Origin: Curvularia clavata
Taxonomy: Eukaryota
Direction: 5' to 3'
Length of the DNA: 64,000 nt
NCBI GenBank assembly: GCA_023920165.1
Contig: CP089279.1
Location: 2,108,001 to 2,172,000, forward strand
Shown: in pieces, positions 1 through 12,574 of the stretch
Layout: every line of letters starts with the position of its first letter
How positions within the stretch are numbered: position 1 is the first letter of the stretch
Notes under the pieces: generated by a model
The model's database searches: none
Told to the model about the DNA's origin: nothing
What the model saw: the letters and a program-made list of their open reading frames with translations, nothing else
Translations under genes and position numbers: made by a program

Positions 1-386
1 GCTTGAGTGAGACGTTTCTGACTTCTGCGTTGTTGATTTCCATCTTATCCGCACAAACTTTCAAGTCCTCTTTCTTCTTGTCCGCAATTCAAGACATCCA
101 CAATGTGGTATTTGCACTGCTGGGCACAGTTTTTCATGGACATATGCATTGTCGTGTAGCCGCGTAGTCTTCTAGTGAGGCTGGCACAGTTGCGTGCGCT
201 CTGTAGCGGCACCGCCTTTATTCTCACCTTCACCTTCACTCTCATCTCAACTGACGTCAAGCTCACTAACGCCATCCGAGCGTTTGCCAGACATAAAGAT
301 CTGCTCTATCACACTCAATCCTTCTTCCTTCAACTCCAACACAACTCCATATGCGCATGCCGGCGCTTACGAAGACGATATCAGCC

Positions 387-2722
387 ATGACCAACACCAC
401 CAGCAATACCGATTATCAGGACGCTGGTGCCCATGTCACGCCAACACACGTGGATCCAGATGGCGTTACAAAAAACTCTCTGCAGTCTCTGCAATCGGCA
501 GACCAGCGTAAGGTTATGGACATTGTCGACAAGCTTCGCCGCACTGGCTTGAGTGGTGTGGTCGAACTGCCTCAGCTTATTGTCTGCGGTGACCAGTCAT
601 CCGGCAAGAGCTCTGTGCTGGAGGCGATCACTGAGATTCCATTCCCTCGCAAGGAAAACCTCTGCACACGCTTTGCTACCGAGGTAAGACCCGCAACACT
701 TTTGAGTTTGCACTTTTTAACATGAGACAGATCATTCTACGTCGCTCTCCTACTGCGACGAGCACTGTTACGATCACACCCGACAAACAGCGCTCTCAAT
801 CTGAACAGGCTAAGCTCAAGGAATTCAAGAAGTCGATTCACGATTTCGGCCAACTTCCAGATGTCATTGAAGAAGCCACGCTCGCTATGGGCCTGGGCGC
901 CGTTGGTACTACCAATTCAAGGGCGTTCTCTCGCGATGTGCTCTCTGTCGAGATCATCGGTCCTGATAGGCCTCAGCTGTAGGTTCCGCTTTCCAAAGCA
1001 TACATATTTGTAGACTGACGTGGTCTAGGACTCTTGTCGATCTCCCTGGTCTCATTCATGCAACCAACAAGGCTCAGACGGAAACAGACAAAGAGTTGAT
1101 CCTTAACCTTGTCACTCAGTACATGAAGAATCCCCGTACCATCATCCTAGCCGTCGTCAGTGCTAAGAACGATTTTGCCAACCAGATCATTCTCGATCAC
1201 TGCCGCAAGATCGATGAGCAAGGCCGTCGCACGCTCGGTATCATCACCAAACCGGACTTCCTTCGAGGGAACCGCGAACGAGCTAAGCTGGATCGAGCTC
1301 GCTCAGAACAAGGGCATATACCTGGAACGCGGCTGGCATATGCTTAAAAACCGTGCTGAAGACCAAATGGATTTCTCTTTTGACGAGCGTAACGAAGACG
1401 AGGCTCTCTTCTTCAGCAAAGGTAGATATGCCGACCTACCTCGTGAGTGTGTGGGTGTCAGATCGCTGCGAGAGCGTCTCAGCAAGGTGCTACTGAATCA
1501 TCTGATCAAAGAGCTGCCTGCGCTTAAGCAAGAGATGATATGCAAACTCCAAACCACAGAGATTGAGATCGCGAAGCTAGGCGAGAAACGCAACACCACC
1601 CATGAGCAGCGCGTTGTCCTCATGAAGATCAGCACGCAAGCCAATGATATCCTAAAGTCTGCCACGAAGGGATACTATGAATCACCTTTCTTTGGTTCCA
1701 TCAATATGAACGCAGCTGTTGACTCTTCTGAGAACATTCGTCGTTTCCGAGTCGTCATCCAGCACCTCAATATGAAGTTTGCCAAAGACATGCGGCTCAG
1801 AGGCCACAAGTACTTGTTAGGGGCAGCCGACGATGATGAGGCAGCAAAGGAGTTGAAGAAGCTGAAGGAGCAAGAAGAATCCGACGATCTGACAGGTCTT
1901 CCAGTGCCCAAAAAGCTTACTCGAGACGAAGCTATTCAGTGGGTCAAGAAGACACTCGAGCGCTCCCGTGGCTACGAACTCCCGGGTACATTCCAGCCTT
2001 TGCTGATTTCGCAACTGTTCTGGGAGCAGTCTGGACTATGGGAGGAAATTGCCTCGCAACACATCTTCAATCTTGCTCGTGCCTGCAAGGAGTTTGCCTA
2101 CACCGTCGTCGAGACCACTGCGCCTGCGGATTTTAAAGACCGCATCATCGACATCAACGTAGACTCCGCACTCAGCAAGTCCCTTGCTAATGCAAAAGAC
2201 GAACTGCGCAAAATCATCAAGGACAAATCACGCCATCCATCAACTTACAACGACAATTTCACCGCGACGATCCAGAAGATTCGTCTGCGCAAGCACGTGG
2301 ACCTCACCAAAAAGGCGACTGATAAATCGAAACTAGATGTCGTTGACAAGGCCGATGTCAAGCGCGCCTACATCGAGCCGAACAAGCTCCCTGCCGAACT
2401 GGAGAAGCTGACTGAGTACAACATGGACAAGTTCTCCAGCGCCGATGCTCTTGACACGCAACATGCGTATTACAAGGACGAGTTGAAGTACTTCATCAAT
2501 AGCGTTGCCAAGGCAGTCATCGAGCGTCATCTGGTAGAGCCGCTGCCTGATTTGATTCTTTCTCCGCTCGTAATTACAGAGATGACGGACCGCCAGGTCG
2601 CGTACATTGCTGCTGAGCCGCCGGAGACGACGCAGCAGAGGGTTCATCTGGAGGCTAGGAAGGCCATGTTGGAGAAGGGGCTGGAGACTTTCAGGGAGGC
2701 CATGGGTGGATTGAGGCGCTAG
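387..2722 (+). pseudogene. Dynamin/Mx-like GTPase with one frameshift (pseudogene or sequencing error)
   Basis: Motifs G1 GDQSSGKSS, G2 LCTRFATE, G3 TLVDLPG, G4 TKPD and a GED-like C-terminus. GT-AG introns at 684-730 and 979-1028. Frame change at ~1264-1270 (TKPDFLR / EGTANELSW) with no intron to explain it. Confidence 0.75.
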
Positions 2723-3159
2723 TTGGTGCAAAGGACCAGCATTGCGATGATGCTGGTCGCGTGGCTGTATTGGGGAACGGGTTATGGTAAAGGCACTGCC
2801 AGTGTGACTGCGCGTTCCATTTTTTGTGGAAATGGGGTTATAGTAGCTCTGTTGCGTGGATTTTCCGAAGACTTGTTCGTTTTCAGTAGGCAGCACCGCT
2901 GTTCACAGTAAATGAAAAGCAGTTTCAAAATCTAGTACAAGTCGAATAAGATACTCATACTTGGCACCATGGCTATACTACAACGCCTTCACACGCCTCT
3001 TCCCTCTCTATCTCAAGCGATACGATACTTCTTGCATACATACACCCAATTGGTTCTCACCTCGCTCAATTCATCTCAGTATCGAGAAGACTTCACTCGT
3101 TTCTTCCAGCCCTGTCCCACCCAACCCAACCCTCGTCCCATACACATCCCTTCATCCTC

Positions 3160-3801
3160 CTATACCTGATGCGCCGCCACCGCGATCACCGCAATCGTAA
3201 CAATAAATCCCTGTAATCACATTCCGTCAGCACACCCATATCATACACCACACCCCTTCACTTAAAAATAAACTTACCATGGTGTTATGTTCCGGACCTG
3301 ACACCTGCTCAGGGTGATGATATCCCTTCCATGAATACAATACCGCATATGGGATACACGCGGCGCAGACGAAGAAGAACAAAGCGAGCATGGTGTAGGT
3401 CCACAGACGCTGAAAGTAAAAATCATACTCTAGTTTTGCGCGCTTGCGTTCAAGGCATTGGTACTCGAGCGCAGTGTAGTGCTTATTCTGTTCGTTATAG
3501 TAGTTGTATTCGGAGTCAGAGTCAGAGTCGGACTTGCAGTTGGACTTGTAGCTGATGCGGCGCTTCTTGGGTTGGCAGGACTTATGAATGTCAGAGAAGT
3601 CGTCTATGGTGTCTGTTGTTGAGCGGACTATTGGAGTTAGTGAATGATTGAGGGGAGATGGAAAGGGCGTGGTGATGCGTTACTTATGCTGAGTTTGACA
3701 AAGAACATGGTTAGGAGGATGAGGGCGAAAGTAACGTCGCCGCCAAAGTTGCGGAGGATCTGGCGGAGAAGGATAAGGAGGAAGATTAAGAGGATTAGCA
3801 T
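3160..3801 (-). CDS. Small multi-pass membrane protein (~172 aa, 3 exons), not in the ORF track
   Basis: Exons 3801-3684, 3627-3278, 3210-3160. Introns 3628-3683 (GTAACG..CTAAC..TAG) and 3211-3277 (GTAAGT..CTGAC..CAG). Frame stays open across both junctions. Hydrophobic segments MLILLIFLLILL, VTFALILLTMFFV, MLALFFFVCAACIPYAVLY, GFIVTIAVIAVAA. Confidence 0.6.
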
Positions 3802-4209
3802 GTTTGCGGTGGTTGTATTTGGGTTTTGCTGTGAAGTGGTGGTGGGTATAAGTATGTAGACGTAGACGCTATGCTTGTAGATAGAAATTACAGGTGGGAA
3901 ACCCTTGTGTATATAGGCGTGGTTGCGAATTTATCCATTGTGAATCAAGGCAAGGTGGTGAACCATGGTTCGACTACTGCCTGAAAACACCAACAGGCGC
4001 GAGCTTTGGTGCTCCACGTAATTCTCCGCTCAGACTCGTGAAACGAAGCGACATTGTGAGCGACCATGTAATATGATATCTGTAATGCGAATGCCCGATG
4101 TTGGTCCAGGACTTGCAATCTTGGGAGACCCAGTCCAACAACACTCATTAGTCCAGTAAGCGTCCCGGTGAAAAGTTGGACGTCTTTATTATTTGCGAAT
4201 ATTCCCGCA

Positions 4210-5189
4210 TCATGTCATACTGTAACTCCTTTCCTTGCCCTCTTCATTCTCCTCCGCCATCAGGGTAGGCTCGTACTTTTGTTTCCGAGCCTGAGTCGCG
4301 CCCGAGGCCTTCCACGCAGACAGAATCAAATCCACAATGGCGTCGACGCCCTGGTCCCTCTTGACAACGGCGAAGATGGTTGGTCCACCTTCGCGCATCC
4401 TCCTGCTGTCTCGCTCCATGACATTGAGATCCGCGCCTACCGCCTCGGCCAGATCAATCTTGTTGACGACCAATAGGTCTGACTGGGTAATGCCAGGCCC
4501 ACCTTTTCTGGGGATCTTGTCGCCGCCTGAGACATCAATAACGTAGATGATGAAGTCAGCGAGTTCGCGCGAGTAGTTTGCGGCCAAGTTGTCGCCACCA
4601 GATTCAATAAGGAGTAGGTCGGTGTTGAACTTGTGGTGGAGGTTTGTGAGCGTCATAAGGTTTACCGAGATGTCTTCGCGGACGGCAGCATGGGGGCAGC
4701 CCCCGGTTTCGACGGCGACAATGCGTTCACTGTGAGGTCAGATTAGAGTGGGTGATGGTGGGTGAGGTTGGGATGACCTTACGCGGGCAGGGCATTGTTC
4801 TTTGTCAAGAACTCGCAGTCCTCACGGGTAAAGATGTCGTTTGTCACTGCAGCTATGGAGAAGCGTGTGCGAAGGTGCTTGCAGAGAGCCAGCATAAGAG
4901 CAGTTTTCCCAGAGCCTACGGGTCTGTTTCCGTCAGCATTGTGGCACATGTACTATCTTGCTTGTAGCTGCAGTACGACCAAACGAGTCATGTGCAGGCT
5001 CATCAACGAGAACCAAGCGTACCCTCCAATGCCAACGGTAAATGACCGGTCCTCCCAGTCTCTTCCCTCGATGATTGGCAATTCACGTCCTAGGTAGCTT
5101 CCGGGTCCATCGAGAATCTCATGTGTATGGCCATGGTCGGCGGCCGAGTGCGAGTGCGAGGCACCGTCGTGAGAGTGGCTATGCGACAT
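4210..5189 (-). CDS. ureG: Urease accessory GTPase UreG
   Basis: His-rich N-terminus [10 protein letters not shown]-loop GGPVGSGKT, ETGGCPH, ESGGDNL, NKID. Introns 4924-5022 and 4730-4782. Confidence 0.95.
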
Positions 5190-6130
5190 TGCTTGGAGAA
5201 CCGGGGACAGTAAAATTACTTTGTAGAGGATGCGACCAGAAGAGGAATTGAGGCTTGGAAGTGTCCATGGTGGGGCACACGGAAGGGTCGCGCGGGGTTG
5301 ATTGTGCAAGCTACCCTGGTTCAGGGTGCCGGAGCTCCATCCCTGGAATCCTTCCAAACTACCCACGGACGACCTGTCAACAAACAACAGACGAGAGGTG
5401 GAGGCATATACCAGGCGATCTTATTAGGAACGTGTTCATCATCATCAAAGCCGGCCACAGGCACATGAGTTGTTTTGCTCCCGACGACGGCACGAAAATG
5501 CGGATGCGCTCGGATCGTTGGCGCAGCGCACTGTCTCCTTTTCCCATGCATACGTACCGTCAGCCTCATCACGATACTCGCACGACACGCTGCCGTCGAC
5601 GGTTTTGGTACCCGGCCAGGGAGCCCGCCTGTAGTGCATCAACTGGAACGCTACAGGGCTCGCCTACACAGCCGCAAGTGGCTGCAAAAGTAACGCACCT
5701 TTGCCCGCGGTGGAGACTTCTCCGGGCTTCGATGTCCTGTCAATACCGCCGAGGCGCGCCACAATAAGACAATCTTATGCGTCTAATTTCCGCCCTCTCA
5801 GCTTTTCTACTTCTGCTTTGGCACCTGCACGAGCATGACACAGTCTGGGACAGCTGCAATGTAAAAAGGACAGCGCACCGCCCGCACGCAGGCTGGTGGG
5901 CCTTGTTCCTAATTGACATCATTTCTGCGTCGCTGTCGTCCCAAACAAGCTTGTTGTCACTGCGCCGTCGTCCGAATACGGTACGGCCGCCCTAATCAAA
6001 CATCGCCTAACAGCTTGTTTGGGCGTTTCAGCTGTCATTCTCGCTTGCATTTAGTCGCCCTTGTCCCTCTATAACGATCTGTTTACGTCCTCTACTTTAC
6101 CCGCTATATTGTTTATTTACTTTTTGCATA

Positions 6131-7258
6131 ATGTCTACAAACGTCGCCATGTCGTGGGAGAAGACCCAGCACACATCCCTCACGCTGTGGGATATTGATC
6201 GTGTCTTCCAAGATGCACACGAGGCATACGAGCAGTGGCAGGCACGCCACAGGCGCACACGGTCCAAATGGATTTGCTTGGGCACCAAAAATCGAGATGA
6301 TGCTGTGGGCAGAGCCTTGAGCCTTGGCCGGCAGATCCAGAGAATCATGGAAGCCGGAAAAGAAGCATTTGGTGAGCGATTCGAAGAAGGAGATCGTAAG
6401 TCGTGCCTGTATGGCTTGAAGTGCAGGCATTGACCATGGACAGACAAATGCAACGCCGTACTCTCCGCACAGCTGCTACGAGTCCAATACGAAATCAGAC
6501 AGCCGCTCTACGACAGTGCATTCTCCCCAACACCAACAACACCCATCGACGACATCATCACGACCGCAAAGAGTGTACGACGCGCCTGCCTGAATGCATT
6601 ACGCGACCAATATGCACGCCTCGAAACGCCCATCCTCTCGCCAGTCCTGCCTCCGCCGCGTTTCAAGGTTGTCTTTTGCCCGTTCGCAGACCAGCTTCGC
6701 AAGGATCTCAAGGAATCCAAATCTAGCACATTACGAGCGAAAAAGGCACATCCCCACGATAAGCACGATGACCGAGAAGTTTGCCCGCACTGTAGCGCCG
6801 TTGTATCTGTGGCAACCCACTCTGGCCTGCCAGCTTCCAGATGCATCCTCTTCACCTCGCACATTGCACTCGACCCAGTTTCGAGAGACGACAGAGCGAC
6901 TTTCGCCTGCAACGGCTGCTACAAAACTTTTGAAGATTCATACGCCTTCCTCGACCATTACTTTCAAAAGCAAATTGGCAGCGAACGAAGCTGCCTGAAA
7001 GTGTCTATTTCCAAGACAACCTCGACTTGGTTCCTAAAGGAGGAGCTCATCGACGCTGATCCTTGGCTAGTTGAGCAGTGTCTGAAGAACTGCATAGCAC
7101 GAGAGACTATGCGGGGGAAACGTCACAAAAGGGCTGCCAGCCGCATTACGATACGAGAAGTGCGCTCGTCAGACGAAGACTTGACCAAGGCGGACGAGAA
7201 ACGATGGCATGACTCGGCACTCTCTGCGACGCCAATCGCAGGAGCGGGACGTCTATGA
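6131..7258 (+). CDS. Hypothetical protein with Cys/His zinc-finger-like motifs
   Basis: Exon 6131-6395 joins 6444-7258 in frame via intron 6396-6443. Contains CPHC..H and CNGCYKTF..FLDH. Confidence 0.7.
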
Positions 7259-8024
7259 ATTATTGGCGCACGTTACCTTTTACGCAGCCTGAAGTCGGAA
7301 CTCTGGGCGCTGGTTAATGCTATTTTCTACTTTGGTTTCCATGGAATGCGCACCCGACGGCGCGTTCGGCGCGCCCTCCGCGCACCCTCGATTTGACTTG
7401 AAGCAAAACCTTGTACCGAACAATGTGTTTAGCAGCTTTGCATTATACCACCTGTATTTCGCTTTCGGATTCATTTAGCCATCTACGGACTTTTTTCCGT
7501 CCCTCTTTAGATTATGTTAATGCAGTAATGTCTCATGAATATCTTGAGTCTTTGAGCTTTGACACCGGCGTTTGCGTATGCTCTATAGAGTAGCACAGAC
7601 ATGAGCACGGCTAAGCAGCTGTATAGTGTCATATACAAGCTTCTAGTTTCCTAGTATTCAGCATTAAGGTCGCTACAATTTTACAGACTTTGATCTACGG
7701 AGAATGTAAAGCAGCAGTTTCTCTTTCTTCGTCCGCCATGGTGCCTTGTGATCATCATCATTACCATCAAAGAACCTACCTACCCCCCTACCTACCATCG
7801 CAAAGGGGTTTCTCTAGCCTACTGCCAACATTAGTGCAGTCTGGTCATCAAGCCGTCTCCAAGCCAACTAACCCTCTTTCATCTGTCAAACCCCACGGGA
7901 ACTCTACCCACCCGTTCTGTCCCTATCTCCACTCCATACACATCCCCATTTTCCCCAGGCGGCCCTACTCGCGGTCAAAAATACCCATCTATCCGGTCTA
8001 TCCGACCCCACACTCCCTTCCCCT

Positions 8025-8052
8025 GCTCTCTCTCTCTCTCACACACACACAT
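8025..8052. repeat. Compound (TC)n(AC)n microsatellite
   Basis: ctctctctctctctcacacacacacat seen directly. Confidence 0.8.
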
Positions 8053-10369
8053 CGCACACTGCCTTCTCAAAGTCTCTTTCTTACCCCTATCCACTTCCCA
8101 TCTTCCCCGCCACGCACATATCCACAATCCAAGTCCACCATCTCATTTCGTACGCCTAGCTTGAGCTAGCTATGGGCCAGGATAGGTGACGTAGGAGTAC
8201 GTCGCCCTTTTCTATATGCATTAGCGTTGCAGGATAGAAGCGAAAATAAAAAGCAAGAGGATCGATAATGCAGGAGGCCCGTTTTGTCTCCTGTGGTAGA
8301 AGGGTGCAGACGCAAGCGGTCTTGGCTTGGACGACAAATCACCTTCCACGTACGTCCTACGTACGTATATAATACACTCTTCTTGGCTTTTTCATGCCGT
8401 AAGATCATCTCGGCAGTTTATCTGGCAGTCTGTCTGACGGACAGGCAAAACTAGTGAACGGGTGGGTATTGTATAATACTAAAATTTCACTTGTTTTTCT
8501 TTTCAAGGCCGGCCGAGTGAGGTGATTCAGTAAGATCGTGTATGAACCTTGTTTTCGCCCTGGTATTTGCTTTTGTTGGCCTGATGTCTAACTCGGTGTT
8601 TGGTTTCATCATGGTGTGTGCGCGCGGCTGTTTCGGCGGTATTGGCGGCGGTATACGTAGACAGGACGGAGAGGTCTAAGATGCGGGGTCTGGAGTCTAG
8701 AGCATGTAGATATGTGTGTGGGTATGTGGGTGGGCAGGTGGTTGGTTGAGTGAGATGGTGGTGGCGGTCCCAGCAAATACGCAACAGTAAGTTGAGAGGG
8801 AAGCGTGTGAAAAACGGTGCCTTGTTAAGTTTTATTGGCATTTTCTTCTTCCTCTTCTCTCGTGATTCCGCGGAGAGATAACGTCGAAGTTCGCTCTTTG
8901 GCTTCTGATACGCCACCACAACGCACAAGAGGTATTTCACTCGTCATTATTTCTCTTTTAATAGTATATCATGTTATCACTGAAGAAAACTGTCTTAAAC
9001 ATTCATCACGTGCTTCTCCCTCTGCGTCCCTGATATTATCATTGGAACCACTCTGTGCCAAAAACAACTTTCCAACAGCGGCAATAAAAGCAAGCCCCAG
9101 ACCCAGCAGAGCTATTAGAGTTGCAAAAAAGGAACTCGTCAGCCACAGAAATCTCACCACTAGCCCCACCCATGTACCCCGAACAAATTCCCCTTGTCCG
9201 TGCAGCCACGCAGATCAGGTCCCCCATCCCTCCCAACAGAGGAAGAAGGAAAAGCAAAGAGAGTGAAGCAAAAGAAAAGAAATACAAACTCATGGTTTTA
9301 TAACACTATCACCTCAAAGCAAAACAAACACTGACCTTGTTCCCAATACTGTCCCTCTCCATGGTCCCAAACGCCCAGCTTCTTAGGTTACAGCGAGATA
9401 ACAAGGGAGTAAGCGTGCTAGTCTCCCAACATCCGTGTTGGATAAGATAGGTGTGTAAAGGGAGTAGGGGAGTGTATGCCAGCATGTCCATGTACATGCA
9501 TACGGCTGGGCTAGGGTATTCAGGCTTTGCGTTGGGTTGAGTCACTGAGTCTTTGTTCCTTGCGCCCGAGGCCTGGATGCAGTGGTGAGTTGACGTGCTA
9601 TGTCGTTCACTCAACTTATCAATATTATTGTCATACTCAAACCTGTCTGCTTATTCCCTTTCTCTCCCCTCACTAACATTGGAGCCAGCAAAGCTAGTGT
9701 TTGTGAGTGGGGTACCAGGTCAGCGAACGGCGAGTGGAATAAATGCCGGGCGGCTATACCAGGTCGTAGAGCAATGTAGTATGCAGGGAGAAAGATTTAG
9801 TGGCTTGGTAGACAAGAATGCCAAACCTCGAGAAATATTGGCGGTGTAGCATCCTGTACACACGTACGCACGCAACAAATTCCAAATAGAGTGGAGTGCG
9901 GAGAAACCACCAGTTCGAACAAAGGACACTGGTGCGAGTGGAAAGAAAGACTAGTTGAGAAAAGCATCATCGTATTCGACAGGCAAACCAAAACTCCTGG
10001 TTGACGGGGGGTATATCATATCGGCATCCTTCTTTTCCCCTATCTCGATCGTCTTGCATAAGAACAATGCGACATCGAGAAGAACAGAGGAGAAAAAGTC
10101 CAACAAAAAAACACAAAACGCCATTTGCTGTCATGTTCCCTTTGACCAGCAGTTATCCCACTTCCATCCATGCCCAATTGAGACCCTTTCCCTCGCGAGA
10201 GACAAAAAAATTCCAGAACAGTACGCCATGGTATATGCCGCTTGCAAAACGCTCCGCTCCAATCCCGCCGTAGCTAGGAGAGCGTGAGAACAAAATATAA
10301 TGAAAAAAGAATACAGATCAAGAAAAATCTCATCATCCATAGTACATGTAGAATGTCCACCTCTTTTCC

Positions 10370-11369
10370 TCATGCATCGGTCTCCCTCAGTGCGCGGGAT
10401 AGCCATCTCTCCCACCAGTTGCGTACTCCGACAATGCTCTCGCGGCCATCGTTGTGGCCGTCGTGACCACCAGGGTCACCGAGTATGCATGAGAAGAACC
10501 AAAAGGCGGTGGCGGTCCAGGCGGCAATGGCAACACCAAAGGCGACGAGGGGTGAAAAGAGGTTGACGACGACAAGCATGGGAGCGCTGTAGCCGGTAGC
10601 CGAGTCGTGCGAATAGACCATGTGAAGTTGCATGTTCAGCGAGGGAGCAAGCCAGGAGATGATTTGCTTGCAAAGCGGTGCGCGTGTGGTGCAAAGGCGG
10701 AGAGGGGAGAGTGCGAGGCAGATGAAGAGGGCGAAGAGTGTCCACAGCGCGATGGCGGTGGAAAGGAAGGCGCAGGGTCCGCACAGCCAGAACTGGGAGA
10801 GGGTTAGCACGCGGTGCATGTCTAAGTTTGCGGCACGGATTCCTTACTAGCAACTGGCAGGCCTTCTCTTCGGGGCCTTTCTCCTGGAAGGCGCCCTTGT
10901 CGTAGACAATGGCATCGACCACGGATGGCAGTGCCGACAGGCGGTTTGGCGAGCGGCTCTGGGAAAGAGAGGCAGCATGCTTCTCCGGATCGATGTGTGC
11001 CTTTTGTGGATATTGAAGGAATTGTCGCTCGACTTGAGAGGAATGCCGGTTCGCTTGTGCAGAGGTGCGCTGGGGGCTTATGGAAGAGAGGGTGCTGTCG
11101 CTGCTGGGGCTTGGCGGCGAGGATGGCTTTGGCGAGAAGGGGTGGGAGATGACGGAGTCGTGGGCGCCACGATTGCTCGACTTGCTGAGGCGGTCGGAGC
11201 GGAGGCTGTGTTGGTGGTGTTGGTGGTAGGGATCCTTTTCACAGTCGACATAGTCGCTGGAGACGGCTGGGCTGGAGAGGCGGTGTTGGTAGTAGTGGTG
11301 TTGGTGGTGCGACAGGTGCTGGGGAGGCGCGGGCGAACCAGGCGCGGGCGGAGGCTGGGGTTCTTCCAT
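10370..11369 (-). CDS. Hypothetical membrane protein (disordered Pro/His/Ser-rich N-terminus, two hydrophobic segments)
   Basis: ATG at 11369 (MEEPQPPP). Intron 10793-10847 joins KACQLL to FWLCGPC in frame. Confidence 0.75.
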
Positions 11370-12574
11370 CGCCGGCAATCGTCAGTTAGTTCAGCGTCAC
11401 GAGCGGACGGGCATCAAGCGACGCTGGCAGAGGCTGCGAGGAGATGAGGCGGCGGGCATGTTATAGCGGAAGGCGGAGACTGGCCCCGGGCGAGGCAAGA
11501 CTCTTGTTACATAGAATTACGCTCTCAAGGCCTTGGGAGAAGGTCTTGGGCTTGGCGCTCATCCCCAAGGCTGGGCATTCTGGCTGGGCAGCCCATCGCA
11601 GCACAGGGACAGCCAATCAGCGGCGGCGCTGGCGGGCGCAGGCGGACGTAGGCGGACGCAGCGCACCTCTGTTCCACACGCCGCCACGACGAAGACGGGA
11701 TGCGCGGCAGTGACATGTCAAAGACAATGGCTCGCCCATGCTGAGCAGCGCCGTTGCTGGCCCAACTCGTCGTGATGCCCACACGCGCCGCCAAGCTGCA
11801 CCCACAGCGCCTCCGCTGGCCGGCCGCTGCAGCGCCCATGGCTTTGTTGACCACCTGCACCCGCGGCGCTGCAGTGTCGAGCTGGCGTACCGTTCATGTC
11901 TTGTCGTGCTGGGCTGCCGGCCTGGGCCTGGCCTGAGAGCCTTGCGAGCCTCCCCTCTCTGGGCCCCAGGCGTCGATGAAACCACGTCTGTCTTGTTGAT
12001 CTTGGGCTTGGCGTTGGCTCCCCAGACGGGAAAACCCCTCAGGTGCCATCAACACCGCCAGCTGCCCTAGGACGCCTTCGGTCAGTCACCTCTCGTCGTT
12101 GCTCGGCACACACCGCGCCTGTCTTGGTCAATGAGAAAAAAAAAAGCAGAGCCATGGACCCAAGCCTTTGCCTATCGACATACCTGCCCTGTGCCTGCCC
12201 ACCATTTCCGTACCGCACACTGCCGACCCCACCAATACCCGACGGATCCTGACCACAGCCGTCCATCGTTTCGACGTCACCTTTGCTTTCTCTGCGTCTA
12301 TGCCATCATACATGACCCTCTGCATGGTAGGCTGGCGGGTTTTCGTTAATAGTCTTCTGGACAATCTGCAGCGCACGCCGAGCCTAAATCACTCGGCAGC
12401 TCGGGAACCAAGGTCAGCTGACACCAGGTCAAAGCACGACACATGTTTGTGGATAAACACTATTACAAGGTAACAACATTCAAGCCGTCTACCTATCCAT
12501 CATCTAAACAACAACAACAACTCTTGCTTTTTTACAAACGCCAAAAAAATAAATGCCCTTTGACATGACCCATC

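Noticed and set aside
8969..9169. Short minus-strand ORF with a hydrophobic stretch
   Set aside because: GTG start, no convincing splice partners, lies in low-complexity intergenic or UTR sequence.
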